From: Psilocybe cubensis
Lineage: Eukaryota
Length of the DNA stretch: 64,000 nt
NCBI GenBank assembly: GCA_017499595.2
Contig: CM039001.1
Span: forward strand, 3,596,001 to 3,660,000
Direction: 5' to 3'
Part shown: one piece after another, positions 12,735 through 25,133 of the stretch
Layout of the letters: every line of letters starts with the position of its first letter
Position numbering within the stretch: position 1 is the stretch's first letter
Program-made: the position numbers and the translations under genes
The notes under the pieces: generated by a model
The model's input: the letters and a program-made list of their open reading frames with translations, nothing else
The model's database searches: none
Told to the model about the DNA's origin: nothing

Positions 12735-13285
12735 ATGCAAATCATCAGCTATGAGGAAATTTTACAAATCGAAGCAGAAGTATTGGCCCCTACTTTCCCA
12801 GATCTAATACATCCTACAACTTTCCCAGAGGCCGCCTCACTTGCTTCTCAAAGACAGCAATACGACTTGGAAATGGCTCAGTTAGTTGAGCAGACCCAAA
12901 AAATGGTCCTTTTGACCGAGAACAGGCTGATACTGGCCATCCTGGCCCTTTTCAACGAAATTAACTGGACCACCCTGGACCCAAGGTTACTATCGTTGGC
13001 TAAAGCCAAGATTACCGAGGGTGACCAGTGGCTCAAAGCACGAGCCGTGAGTTTTCTGTTTCTTCAAGTTTCAAGTTGATACTCTTGCTTAAGATAACTA
13101 GGAGGAGACACTTCGGGATGCAGACTCAGGCAGCCCCGAGCACATATTGACCCAAGGGATGTCCATTATAGCCAACGGCCAGATTCATATTCGAACGGTA
13201 GAGGTGAGTCACAGTGATAACTACTTTGTTTCTACACTTTCTTAGTAATGGGCAGGATCTCATACGAGAATGTCAGGATCATTAA
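12735..13285 (+). CDS. Small helical hypothetical protein (3 exons, about 147 aa)
   Basis: ATG 12735 MQIISYEEILQIEAEVLAP...WLKARA, then two short GT-AG introns that keep frame to ...DLIRECQDH stop. Confidence 0.55.
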
Positions 13286-14575
13286 TAGGGTCAAGATACT
13301 ACATTGTAAATAGACACTTAATTGCCTTTAAAAATGTACATTTTATTGCTTGATATGATTGAAGAGCTTTACTGAGACCAATCACATTGGACATCAAACT
13401 CTCCTAAGTCTGGAATCGTACATAGAGATAGCTAGAAAAATCCAAAGCTCGCAGTAGTAATGTTGGAATGCTACAGAGCTCAACGGAGCATCCCGCCGAT
13501 GACACATGACGCTATACTGTCTACAGCCCACTTTGATGCTACATCCGGTTGGCAGGACAATACGTTGAGTTACCTCCGAAAATCCGGATTTACTGATGCA
13601 GTTGCCACAGCGAGCGGGATGAACAATGAGTGGGCTTACCTGGCCTATGTGCAGCCTCAAACCCAGCCACCATCAAGCTACCCTTGTAGCTGCACAAATT
13701 GCTTAGAGTTGGGTCAGAACCACATTGTTGTAGAAGACGGTACGTGATTCAACCGGTCACAACCTTTGACGACGCCCAGTCTATCTCATCGACGACGAGG
13801 CGTCTTGGACTCGTACGCACTTTCATTTTGTCATTACAATTTCTATATCACATTCAAGTTTCCATAACTCCCCTTACTTCTTTGTCGCATTTGAAAGCAA
13901 CAATTTCAATGCATGGATTGTTTGCGGCAGCATCAAACAGCGTGAATTCATTGGTTGCCTTAAGACCAGTCATTAATAGACAACAATACAACCATTACCC
14001 ACCTATCCGCCCTGGCCCTGGCAATACGTCATGATCGCTACAATTTGGATACCACGGGACTGTCAACTACTCAGTTATGATGTCCCAGATATCTAACGTG
14101 GTCGAACATCCAGTTGAGGCTGCTTTATGCAAGGCGGATAGCCAACTCTTGTCATTTTTATACCTTAATCAAGGCGCCGTGCCCCCACCCTCCAGACACT
14201 ATGCGCCTTCGTCGTTTTCACAAAAGTATGACATATGTTTGAGCGGTTTAAAATAGCATCCATTCTGCGCTTTTGATTTATATCGGAAGGTAAGTAATCA
14301 AGTTAACGATTCTCCGTTGGTATGAGTAACATGATACAAAGATCGTAAATTGCAACACAGTGGGCAACGGATGAGTCACCATTCCGGTTAGACGGCTGTT
14401 AAATTTCTTGCGGAAAGCGTTTGATGTTGTCGAACTCAAGGGTTATATTGAATAATGTAAGTGCATTGGTGCTCTGCCCTGACTCCTGGAGCATCGTACA
14501 TAAACAGACCAGCATTGCGCCCAGTAAGCTGATAGCTTTTCTTCGTGCCACTCTCGATTCAGTTTAAAGGTGGAG

Positions 14576-15952
14576 ATGGCTAAACTACCCATTCGTCAAA
14601 TTTCCTTTGACGAGCACAACCATGATGGAAGACTTGTTCAAGACCCAGCTAGTTGGGCCATTGGTGAGTATGAACATCATATTCTCATTTTTTTGACTTA
14701 GTTGAAGTTCCAGTGGCTTCATTGGTTACCCAGGTTTGGGAAACCATCATTTGTTTCCCTGAAGAAGTTGAATACCTTTGGAGGTACGAGTCTTCCTAGT
14801 TTAAGCAGTGCGTCTCATCTGATGGTAGGGTGGCTGATGCCAGAGGAAAACTGGGGGGTGTAAAAGTACTATACATTTGTTCTCGATATTTAATGCTGTT
14901 GGGTCAAGTGTACGTTGCCACATTTGCTGCTTCAGAACTGCATCGATAACTTTGACGATCATGCCCACACAGGGCGAATCAAGTGTTTTCCGTCAGGTTT
15001 TTTGGCTATGCACCAAAAGATCAAGCCCTGTGTAAGGAGGCATTAATCTCACAAGCCATTTTTACTCAGTTGGGAATCTTCTTGATGGAGGCGGTCATGA
15101 TGTTAAGAGGTGCGTGGTTGAATTGATTCAAAACCAACTGATTTTGATGTATGACCTAGTCTTTGCGCTTTATAATAAAAACCCCAGAATCAAATGTTTT
15201 TTGTTGGGTATTTTTGCGACTTCAATTGGGTTGGAATTATGCGGTAGTGGAGATTTTATCCGCATTACTACAAGTGCGTCTGGATGCACCCCTAAGGGTA
15301 TAAAGAACGTGAGTATATACTATTTCTGGTACGTGGGGAAGACTACTATATGGATACACCAGCTCTAACTGTTCACCAACCCTAGTGCTGGTGTCATGTT
15401 AGGGCAGAGCGTGCTCGTCGTAGCTATGCTCATTGGATTAATTTTAAGGCACCGCTCAGGGAAATCACGAACACCGCTTGTGGCCATGCTCCTGAATCAG
15501 GGTCTGGCAACTTTTGTCCTCGTCTTTGGTATTGTATATTTTACTCGCTTGCGAACCATGCTGTTGCTGATTGAGCATGTGACAGCTCTTATGTCCAGTA
15601 TGATAATTTCTAACCTTTTCCCTGATCTTGTCGAGGGACTGCACAGCGGATATGCTGTGATGTTGTAAGTTGTTCATTGTATATATAATAACATAATAAA
15701 TGACCTAACATTAACCAACTTGAACTCATGGCAGTTGGTATACTACTCTTCTCTCAATTGGTGTAAGTGGCGTTCTAAGTTTTTTCAAACGTTAAAAGGG
15801 GACGCTTCATTGATTTCCAGACTTGTCGACTCGTGCTTCAAATGTGGAAACTAAGAATATCCGAAACCACTATGGTCAGCCCACAAGGGGAAGATTTCGA
15901 GCCGAGCAGCTCCATAGTTCTAACAAGTGTTGTGCCCGAATCCCAGTATTAA
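14576..15952 (+). CDS. DUF6533-type multi-pass membrane protein, copy A (multi-exon)
   Basis: VASLVTQVWETIICFPEEVEYLW, VKVLYICSRYLMLLGQ, MLRVFALYN, LLNQGLATFVL and TCRLVLQMWKL motifs with short GT-AG introns. Confidence 0.8.
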
Positions 15953-16238
15953 TCCGCTGCCATAATCTCTCCGGCTTATCCAGTTGCCAGTGACAATATC
16001 TACTCCCGGGGTTAATGACCCTTTGTTTCGTCTCCAAAATCTTATTGACAATTATAATAGGTTATCTATTCTACCCCAGCTATCCCTGATTCCTGAATAC
16101 GCGAGGCAACCCTGATTGCTTTGAAGCACTTAAATTAGCACATGAAAATAAATTCTGCTTCGATGCATATCATCGTTATTGTGACCGTTGTAAACTGTCG
16201 TCCCTTTGCGTCCTTGCTGAAGTAATTGCCAGCTACCA

Positions 16239-17724
16239 ATGCCAAATTCATTCTTTCAAAAAGATTCCGTCGACGTGCATACTTATCATGATCATGGAGC
16301 ACTCTCTCAAGATTCGGCCAATTTAGTGACTGGTTCGTACATCTTCATATTGTCTCTATTACCAACCATCAATTTAAGAAATATTTTAGTTGCGTCACTG
16401 GTTGTCCAGGTTTGGGAAGCTGCTGTCTGTTTTCCAGATGAGATCCAACATCTGTGGAAGTATGTCTCAGTTTATCTATTATCCAAGCCTAATATAAAAT
16501 GACAACGGAATAAAGAGGGGACTTATTAGGCGCTGTAAAGGCACTTTATGCTTGTTCTCGCTATTTGATGCTCCTGGGTCAAATGTATGCTTTTAAAATA
16601 ATTGATTGCATGGTTTAGTGCACTAACTTGTTCATGTAGAGTTAATCAAGCGCTCTCCATCTATCTTTTTACGCATCCATTGACAGACAGGACTCTATGT
16701 CGGACTATCTCAATCTCTCAGGCAATATGTATGCAAATGAATGTGTTCTTTATGGAGGTGGTCATAACCTTAAGAGGTGCGTAAACGCACAGGCTTACTG
16801 GATAGTTCAACTTTACTTATTTTTTCGTCAGCATTTGCACTATATAATCAATGGCGTAGAATCAAGTTTTTCTTTCTCTTTGCTTTCGCTACTTCAGTCT
16901 TGTTGGAATTTGGCGCTACTGGAATTTTTATTCACACAATGATTGCTCCATCAGGATGCAACTTTTCACCGGCAGCTGGAGCCAAGGATGTGAGTATATA
17001 CTTTTTCAGGTAGGTTTTGCGGGCCAGATTATACACAACTGTTTTTCCGACTCTAATTTTTTACAAATTCTAGCGCTGGTGCGGTATTAGGCCAGATTGT
17101 CCCTGTCGTGTCAATTGTTACTGGTCTAATTTGGAGACATCGTTTGGGAAAATCGCAAACACCTCTTACATCTATGCTCTTGAATCAAGGTTTGGCCACC
17201 TGTATTTTGGTCCTTGGTACTGTATTTATTATTACCTTCCCCGTCCGCAAACGTTGAACGTTGATCACTGACCTATCATTGTCAGCTCTTGTTGTTAGCA
17301 TGATGATTTACAACTTCTTTCCCCAACTCCGCCTTGGAATGCACGATGGACATGCTATGTTATCGTAAGCGGCTTTTCACTTTCAATAATACTACGTAAA
17401 GGCCTAACTTTAATTTCAAAGATGGTACAACACTTTGTTGTCGGTTGCAGTAAGCGTGTTTTGTTACTATACATTTGACTATTTTCGCAACTTATTCTAA
17501 TTATTTTGGATTTTGTACGGCAGACTTGCAGATTATTGCTGCAAATGTGGAAGCTAGCCGCGGATGAGAGAGAGAAAAATTATCCAAGGCGGGATGCTTT
17601 GAACCGAAGAAGTTCCATTATCCTGACCACTGTTATCATGGAATCACATCGTCAAATTACCGACACGACTAGTACTATGCCGACTTATTCAATCACGACC
17701 CCTAAGAATACCAGGATGAAGTGA
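16239..17724 (+). CDS. DUF6533-type multi-pass membrane protein, copy B
   Basis: VASLVVQVWEAAVCFPDEIQHLW, VKALYACSRYLMLLGQ, TLRAFALYN, LLNQGLATC and TCRLLLQMWKL; same exon layout as copy A. Confidence 0.8.
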
Positions 17725-18870
17725 CTTCGGATTACTCTATCTGTAAATCTAATATGTATATATGAACACTTGAATAGTGAGAAATAGTGAACAAATTGCT
17801 ACCATCACTGGCTTGAGACATCTAAAATCGGGTCGGTCTGGTCCACGCTCTGTAAACCTCTAGATACAGAACATTTTAGAGGGTGGTAAGTTTAGTTGAC
17901 ATAAAAATGTAGAAAAAAAAGAATCAATACCCTCACACGATGTCCGCGCAACAGTTACCGATCCACCAAGGGATCGGACTGTCTGTATATTCGTCACAGA
18001 CACCGCCTTTGACATATCTGTTGCATAGTACATTTGGTGAATCTAATGCTGCAGGGTCAATGTGGAACATTACTTACAATCAAGACAGTTCGGAACAGAG
18101 TTTAGCTTTTAGTAAGGAGGTGGTAACGGCATGGCTATGGTGCTGGCATGCATCATCGGACTCGAACTATGATCTTTGTCGAACTCGAAGCAAATCTAAA
18201 CGACTTAATCACCTGAAAACGAGTTGAAAATAATCTCAATCTTATGACTAAGATCTAGAAACGCAGTCAATCGAAAACCGCTGGAAACTCTCCATGCCAA
18301 TTTCCGTGAAAACCTTTCAATCGCCGCCTATGATTCTCACGGAAGTTGCCGTGACATATAGGCACGACAGCTTGGCACAGCTAATAGCGTCCACCTGGTC
18401 CGCCTAAATCTGAATACAAGCCGAGCATTAGGTTGGCACTAAGTTAGAGGACCCCACTGCCTCGCGTCTCACCCGCTATGCATCATTTCATGACGGTGCT
18501 GTTGAATCATCCTTAATTTATAAAAGCGTATTGTATTAATCGCCGTCCATTTAGCTTACTGGTTCTAAGTCTTGAAACGATATATCAGAGTCAGGTTTGC
18601 GTGATATTCGGTTGTGATCCCAGGTGCCCGCTCCTACCAGAAACCATTGAACCGACGAACAGAGCGGCTTTTTCCACCAGGAACATTTGATCCCATTAGG
18701 TGACAAACCTGTGATGACGCCGGTGAATAGCAAGAGGTCAACCCTGATGCGTTGCAACGTACGTATGTCACATATCATGGCACGACAATTACCCACTGCA
18801 TTTGCATCTCTTGCAACGCGTTATATTCGCCCCATTTCTCTATCGTTGATTTAGTGGTTGCAAACTACCA

Positions 18871-20294
18871 ATGATACACCTGCTCCCTAAGATGATTCAA
18901 GCCGTCGACGAAGAAACTCAACTTCGAGCATTTGTGCTAGATCCAGCTAGTTTGGCCACCGGTGAGTATGAATTTCATGTTGTTTTCATTGTTTTAATTA
19001 ATTTATAGCTGCATCACTGGCTGCCCAAGTTTGGGAGACCGTCATCTGGTTCCCTGATGAGGTTGAGCATCTGTGGAGGTGGGTACCACATTGTCTGTGA
19101 AAGTTTACTTCTAATCTAAATCCGTGCCAATGTCTTGTCGTGGTTCAAGAGGTAAACTCAGCGTTGTAAAGATGCTGTATCTCTGTTCTCGCTATCTAAT
19201 GCTATTGGGACAAGTGTACGTGTTACTCCTCTTTATTGTTTCATGGCCGCATATCTTAACATGTCTGACACAGAGCAAATAAGATTCTTTCTGGGTATCT
19301 TTTTTCATATCCAGAGTCAGCCGCGGACATGGCGCTTTGTCGGGGGGTGATTATTTCACAAGCTGTCTTTACCCAAATAGGGCTGTTTCTTATAGAAGTG
19401 GTCATAATACTGAGAGGTAAGTACTGAGTAAATGCTCAGTATAACGATTCTGATTCTATATCCTCTGATCTAGTTCTCGCGCTTTATAGTCAAAAACCTA
19501 GAATCAAATTCTTCTTGTTGGGGGTCTTCACTACGTCAACATCCCTAGAGCTATGTGGTAGTGGAATTTTCATTCGCATGTCGTCCATATCGTCAGAATG
19601 CCACTTCTCTGGCGTGAAGAATATCAGCATATATTTCTTCTGGTGCGTTTGGTTTATCTATCATATTTCTGGAAATGTACTTATTCATGAAAAACCAGTG
19701 CTGGTGCCGTATTCGGGCAGACAGTACTCGTTACAGCGATGCTTATTGGCCTCATTTTGAGACATAGGTCAGGGAAATCACGAACTGCTCTTGTTTCCCT
19801 GCTCCTAAACCAAGGTTTGGCGACATTTGTACTTATTCTTGGTATGCCATACATCACTTCCTTTCCACGCCATTCTTGGCTTATTGCGATTCCGTTAGCC
19901 CTTGTGTCTAGTATGATGGTCTACAACTTTTTCCCTCGTCTTGGCATGCACGAAATAAACGCTATATTGTCGTGAGTCGTTTTTGCATTATTCAATTAAA
20001 GATAACTCTAACTTGAATTAGCTGGTATAATGCTCTTTTGTCCATTGGAGTAAGTAATTGTTCCATTTTGCTATTTAACGTATGGTCTTTTACACCTGGT
20101 TCCCCGTCCAGACATGCCGGCTCTTACTTCAAATGTGGAAACTAGGGTGTCACGATTCAGGGAACGACCCGAGAAGAGACGAAGTGGAGCCACACAGCTC
20201 CATTATTTTTACCAGTATAGTCATTGAATCATGCTATCAAACCCCCAGCGCCCGTCCAACTTCGAATACAGTGCGGCCGACAGCGTCGAGTTGA
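18871..20294 (+). CDS. DUF6533-type multi-pass membrane protein, copy C
   Basis: ASLAAQVWETVIWFPDEVEHLW, VKMLYLCSRYLMLLGQ, LLNQGLATFVL, TCRLLLQMWKL. Confidence 0.8.
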
Positions 20295-21274
20295 CATAAA
20301 ATTTTAAAATGTGATAATGGTTACCCCTGCAATCGCCCCTTTTGACCCTACAAAACCTATGAACCATGCTCAAGCTCACCTAAAGCCATCGAGTACATCT
20401 TCATAGACGATTCTATATCACAAAAACAGTCCTTTGTCAAGCCCACCCCTTCATTGATGATGACGCCGATGGGCCGGCCCATGCACACTACATACCCTAT
20501 AATAGCATGCCACGCGTTCAATGTCGGCCCAATTGCTTCATCGAAAGAATTCATACAACGGCCAAAGATCATGCAAAGCCGTAAGGTGCTGCTATATGAG
20601 CAAAGTATGTGAAGGATAGTTCCAAGTTTGCGCTACGCTTCGGCCGATCTTCAACTCGAAGTTCGAAGCGCTCGTGCGATCAATCCGATCAATCGATCAA
20701 TCGGAGATTGGCCTGAAATCCAATGTTTTTGTTCCGAGGAGGAGCCGAATGTCCTTAGCCGTGAATCGCCTGATTGCCAGGGATTCAAGATCAACACAGT
20801 CTTCGATTCTTCTGGTATCTCCAGAGAATAAGGGAGATGTAGATAAATTATTGTTTGATTTTAATGCTTATATGACTCTAAATATTTCACTTTTTTGGGT
20901 TATTTTTTCGATGTTGCAAGAAATATATGTGTATTCTGTGGGTTTCAATGGTATAGTGACAAAGTAGATATTGAATGGAATCTTGTAGGTAAGCTTTGGA
21001 GGAAGGCATTGTATAGATATTATGGGCGGAATGGATGGAATCTAGTGAGATGACATGTTCGATATTCATATTGTACAGCAAGAAAAAAAATGAACATATC
21101 CAGGTGAAAACATAAATATGGATTAGAAAAGAACACAAGTTGAATATTTGATCGACAAGACATGAGCAATCCATTTGTTATTTCATGACCCTTGAAGGTT
21201 GAACTTCCATATTCTGAAATTGGTTGAGCATAACTTGGTGGTGACCTGTAACGGTTTTCTTTAAGGACAGTAAT

Positions 21275-22633
21275 TCAACGACTTCCATGCAGCCAACGGC
21301 CAAACCAACTGGTCCGAAACGACGCAGTACTAGTATTCGTATTTCCAGTGGGTGTCTCTCCTGAATTATTAATGCCAGAACTTTGACTTGGCCTTCCTGT
21401 TGTCAAGTTTGACGTAGATCCAGAGCCATTACTCGCGTTATCGACGATAACAGTGTACGCTGGAGGTGGGAAGTTGGGGATGGCGTTCTGAGCTTGACCA
21501 TGTCCATGTTCATCCGGCATGCTTTGGGATTGTGAAAGAGGGTTGGGAGGAGATCTGTGCTCGTTTTCATCTTCTTGACTGCCTATAGATTGCGTGGTAC
21601 TGTTACTGTCCGAGTCCGAGTCCGAGTCCGAGTTCGAGTCCCAGACCTCTTGAATAACTTGCTCCAGAACAGGTTCTCCGTTGATATGTATCCTCACATT
21701 ACCATTATTTCTGCTCCTGACAGAGTAATTATGAGATATCGTTGTTCTGGACGTATGCACAGTCCTCTTCCCGGTTCCCGGTTCAGTTCCAGTCCCAGTC
21801 CCAGTTCCCGCTCGGACGCGCTGGGTAGCAGTTGTACCACTCTTCCTATTCCCAGACCTTCCAGAGGCATTCCTCGCATTGGTGATAACGACGGATTTAC
21901 AATTCCCAGAGTTGATATTCGAGACAATGCAATTGACACCGCTGATGACCTGAGGCGCCGACATTGGCTGGGGTGATGGGAATATCATAGGCTCTGGCAT
22001 TGACATTGGAGTATTGTTAGTAGCATATGCTGAGCTACCTTCACCTGCGTGAGAGGACGCCGCGTGGTGGCTCCAGTGCGGTGGGGACCATTGGCGTTCG
22101 TGCATCGGAGCGCTAGATGGGTGTCTGCATTTATTGCTACATCTATGCGGCTTAGCTGATGGGGTATTAGGTTTGCGCTTCCCATTGTTCTTTGCACTGC
22201 CAGACAAATCCAATTTAGACGCTGGACTGGGCGCTGGGGGCCGCGATGGAGGAGAAGGATAGTAGAATGCGGGGTGCTGTAGTGGCCTTTGTGCGTAGGC
22301 GGGGTGAGCACGGGGGAAAGACCGTTGCGCATTTGCAATGGCTGCGGCAGCTTGCGCTTGTGCAGCTCCAGTTATTGATTGTGAGAAGGCGTTCCAGTCG
22401 GTCGTCGGTGACATAAAACTAGGGATGGGCGGTGGGCTGAAGAAGTCGTCGCTGGGCGTCAAATTTGGGTCATTGTGTGTACTAGATGGTGGTGCTTGGG
22501 CAGGTCTTCGTCGAGGGCGGCTAGAGAGGCCTCTGTTGCACGAGTGGTGATATTGTACGTTGGTGTAATTATTGGAGTCGGTGATGACTACTGTATGAGG
22601 ATGCGATGTACTCTTTGCGAGACCGGAAGGCAT
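21275..22633 (-). CDS. Low-complexity S/P/N/T-rich hypothetical protein (X) with a PPxY motif; paralog of 58051-59046
   Basis: Single long ORF from ATG 22633 (MPSGLAKSTSHPHTVVITDSNN) with a TATAAAG about 60 nt upstream; PPPAY; C-terminal SWFGRWL. Confidence 0.65.
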   Translation of the reverse strand: MPSGLAKSTSHPHTVVITDSNNYTNVQYHHSCNRGLSSRPRRRPAQAPPSSTHNDPNLTPSDDFFSPPPIPSFMSPTTDWNAFSQSITGAAQAQAAAAIANAQRSFPRAHPAYAQRPLQHPAFYYPSPPSRPPAPSPASKLDLSGSAKNNGKRKPNTPSAKPHRCSNKCRHPSSAPMHERQWSPPHWSHHAASSHAGEGSSAYATNNTPMSMPEPMIFPSPQPMSAPQVISGVNCIVSNINSGNCKSVVITNARNASGRSGNRKSGTTATQRVRAGTGTGTGTEPGTGKRTVHTSRTTISHNYSVRSRNNGNVRIHINGEPVLEQVIQEVWDSNSDSDSDSDSNSTTQSIGSQEDENEHRSPPNPLSQSQSMPDEHGHGQAQNAIPNFPPPAYTVIVDNASNGSGSTSNLTTGRPSQSSGINNSGETPTGNTNTSTASFRTSWFGRWLHGSR

Positions 22634-23368
22634 GTTTGGGTTGGAAATAGAAAGAGTCAACAAGAGGAAAGGAATACGGACGGTACTTTATACGATTTAG
22701 CATCATCACTGTGTGATTATGCCGAGTCATCGCCCCAGTGGCACGCACTGTATGCGTGGTAGATTGGTGCCACTTTATGCACTTTGGTATTCCGAATTCA
22801 GCGACAGGCCTGTGAGACAAGTATCTGTGTATTCGGAAAACTTTAAATAGACATGGAAGCCACTTGTAAGCTGTGAAAACTCCTCCTGTATAGAAGAGAA
22901 TGGCAGCTGGTATCACCAACACGGACATCCAGGCGCTCCTCCATCCATTTTCAAGTATGAGTATACATAGCAATCAGATAATCTATGCCCAGTCACACTT
23001 GAAGCGCTCGTTGAATCAAGGATCAATCGGAGATTCAATTTCCTTGTTCCGATGACACGCCGTCGTATCCCCACCATATGATTCGGTCTTGAGACGCATT
23101 TCTTATCTTATCGTCATACCAGGTTTCTTTTGTACGCTATAATTTTGCCCGACAGGTCCTTTCTCGCTTTATCCATGCCACCTGAGAGGTATTCAACATA
23201 GAAGACTGCGGGGAGAGAAGCGTCGGAAACGCGAGTCCGAAGTGACCCGAAGCGGGGGAAAACCCGTGACGGAAACGGATGAACGCGAGAAATGACAGAG
23301 AAAGTGTACCCGTACCCCAACAGTTCTTACACCCGGACCACCACATCCAAAAAATCTTGCTGAACGCC

Positions 23369-24678
23369 ATGCTCTCCCGTGTCGCTGCCCGTGCCCTCGC
23401 TGCCCCCTCCGCAGCCCGCTTCTTCTCTGCCTCAGCAGCGCACCAGACCAAGGTCGCCGTTCTCGGTGCCGGAGGAGGAATTGGCCAACCTCTCTCCCTG
23501 CTCCTTAAAAGTGACCCCCTCGTCACATCCCTGAGCCTCTACGACATCCGCGGCGCACCCGGAGTTGCTGCCGACGTCAGCCACGTCGACACTGCCAGCG
23601 AGGTGCGTGTTTTCTGTGGGTGGGTGGTACTGAGGCAATTGATTGCTGTGACGTGTAGGTGAAAGGATACGCTGCTGATCAGCTCGACCAAGCTCTTGAG
23701 GGTGTCAAGGTTGTTGTCATCCCTGCTGGTGTCCCCAGAAAGGTACGTGGCTTTTATTGCAATGTAGATGAATTATCGCTCATTCTCCGTTTTATAGCCC
23801 GGAGTAAGTGCAAACCAACGCGATACAGATGAATTTCATTGACCAACATTTTACCTAGATGACCCGTGATGATCTCTTCAACGTGAGCATTACACTTTTT
23901 ACCATTACTTGTAAATTAACACCGTTTTCTTCAGACTAACGCCTCCATCGTCCGCGACCTCGCTGCGGCCGTTGCCCGCGTCTCTCCCGAAGCCCACATC
24001 CTCGTCATCTCCAACCCCGTCAACTCCACCGTCCCCATCGTCGCCTCCACCCTCGAAAAAGCCGGCGTTTTCAACCCCCGCCGTCTCTTCGGTATCACCA
24101 CCCTCGACGTTGTCCGTGCTGCCCGTTTCCTTGCCGGTGTTACTGGCGCCACCCCCGACCAGACCACTGTGACCGTCGTCGGCGGACACAGCGGTGCCAC
24201 CATCGTCCCCCTTCTCTCCCAGACTGCCTACGGCAAGGGCGTCACTGGCGAGGCCTACAAGGCCCTTGTCCACCGCATCCAATTCGGTGGTGATGAGGTT
24301 GTGAAGGCGAAGGATGGTGCTGGAAGCGCAACCCTCTCCATGGCGTACGCTGGTGCCAAGTTCACCAACTCCCTGCTCCGTGGATTGAACGGCGAGAAGG
24401 GAGTCGTCACCCCCACCTTTGTCAAGAGCCCGCTGTTTGCTGACCAGGGTATTGATTTCTTCTCATCCAACGTTGAGCTCGGCGTAAGTTCTCATCGTTA
24501 ACTCCACTTTTTATTTTTATCGCCGCAACTGAATTGATTTCTCTTTGTGTAGCTTGAGGGTGTTGAGAAGATCCACCCTATTGGCCCTCTGTCCGCGGAG
24601 GAGGAGGAACTTATGGCTGCGTGCTTGCCTGAGCTCAAGAAGAACATTGAGAAGGGCAAGGCTTTTGTCGCTGCTTAG
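23369..24678 (+). CDS. MDH1: Mitochondrial malate dehydrogenase
   Basis: Presequence [61 protein letters not shown] (via microexons); [49 protein letters not shown]; strong C-ending codon bias. Confidence 0.97.
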
Positions 24679-24947
24679 AGTGATGTGGTAGAGTAGAGTA
24701 GAGTAGATGGAGACACTTATATCCAAATACATTTCTTGTTTGGAACTGGATGGTTTTTTTTTTTTCAAGTGTGTTTCGAACAACTTCAGGTTTAATTTCA
24801 AGTGCCAAGTGGTGAAAAGAGAACATGACGAAATATATTGGAAAGCATATATAGAAATCAATGGATGAATGTTGAAAGCAGTGCGAAATCAAGAACAAGT
24901 ACAAGTTACAACATGGGTATCTTTGCGAAACTGGATGTAAGTGTGTG

Positions 24948-25009
24948 TAATTAATGTGAATGTGAATGTGGTTGTGGAATCACAACCACATTCACATTCA
25001 CATTAATTA
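24948..25009. repeat. Perfect inverted repeat (29-bp arms, GAAT loop) between convergent 3' ends
   Basis: TAATTAATGTGAATGTGAATGTGGTTGTG-GAAT-CACAACCACATTCACATTCACATTAATTA. Confidence 0.93.
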
Positions 25010-25133
25010 AACACAGTTACACTTTGGAAAAATTAAAAAAGTCGGGTATGGACTGGCCACGTCCACTGTGTGTGGCCGGCCGACGTAACCGGTACTCTCA
25101 ACGACGTCACTGGAGTGCTGAGCCGTCTGCCGT

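Larger units (their letters stand above)
1..13300. mobile_element. Putative large Plavaka-family composite DNA transposon with cargo genes (termini not identified)
   Basis: Dense block of non-housekeeping paralogs around a Plavaka transposase. Homology to the duplicated host block only begins at about 13720. No TIR or TSD located. Confidence 0.55.

Noticed and set aside
1-13300. Starship or Helitron identity for the left block
   Set aside because: No tyrosine-recombinase captain, Rep/helicase or convincing hairpin-CTRR end is visible; the only mobility gene in view is the Plavaka transposase.
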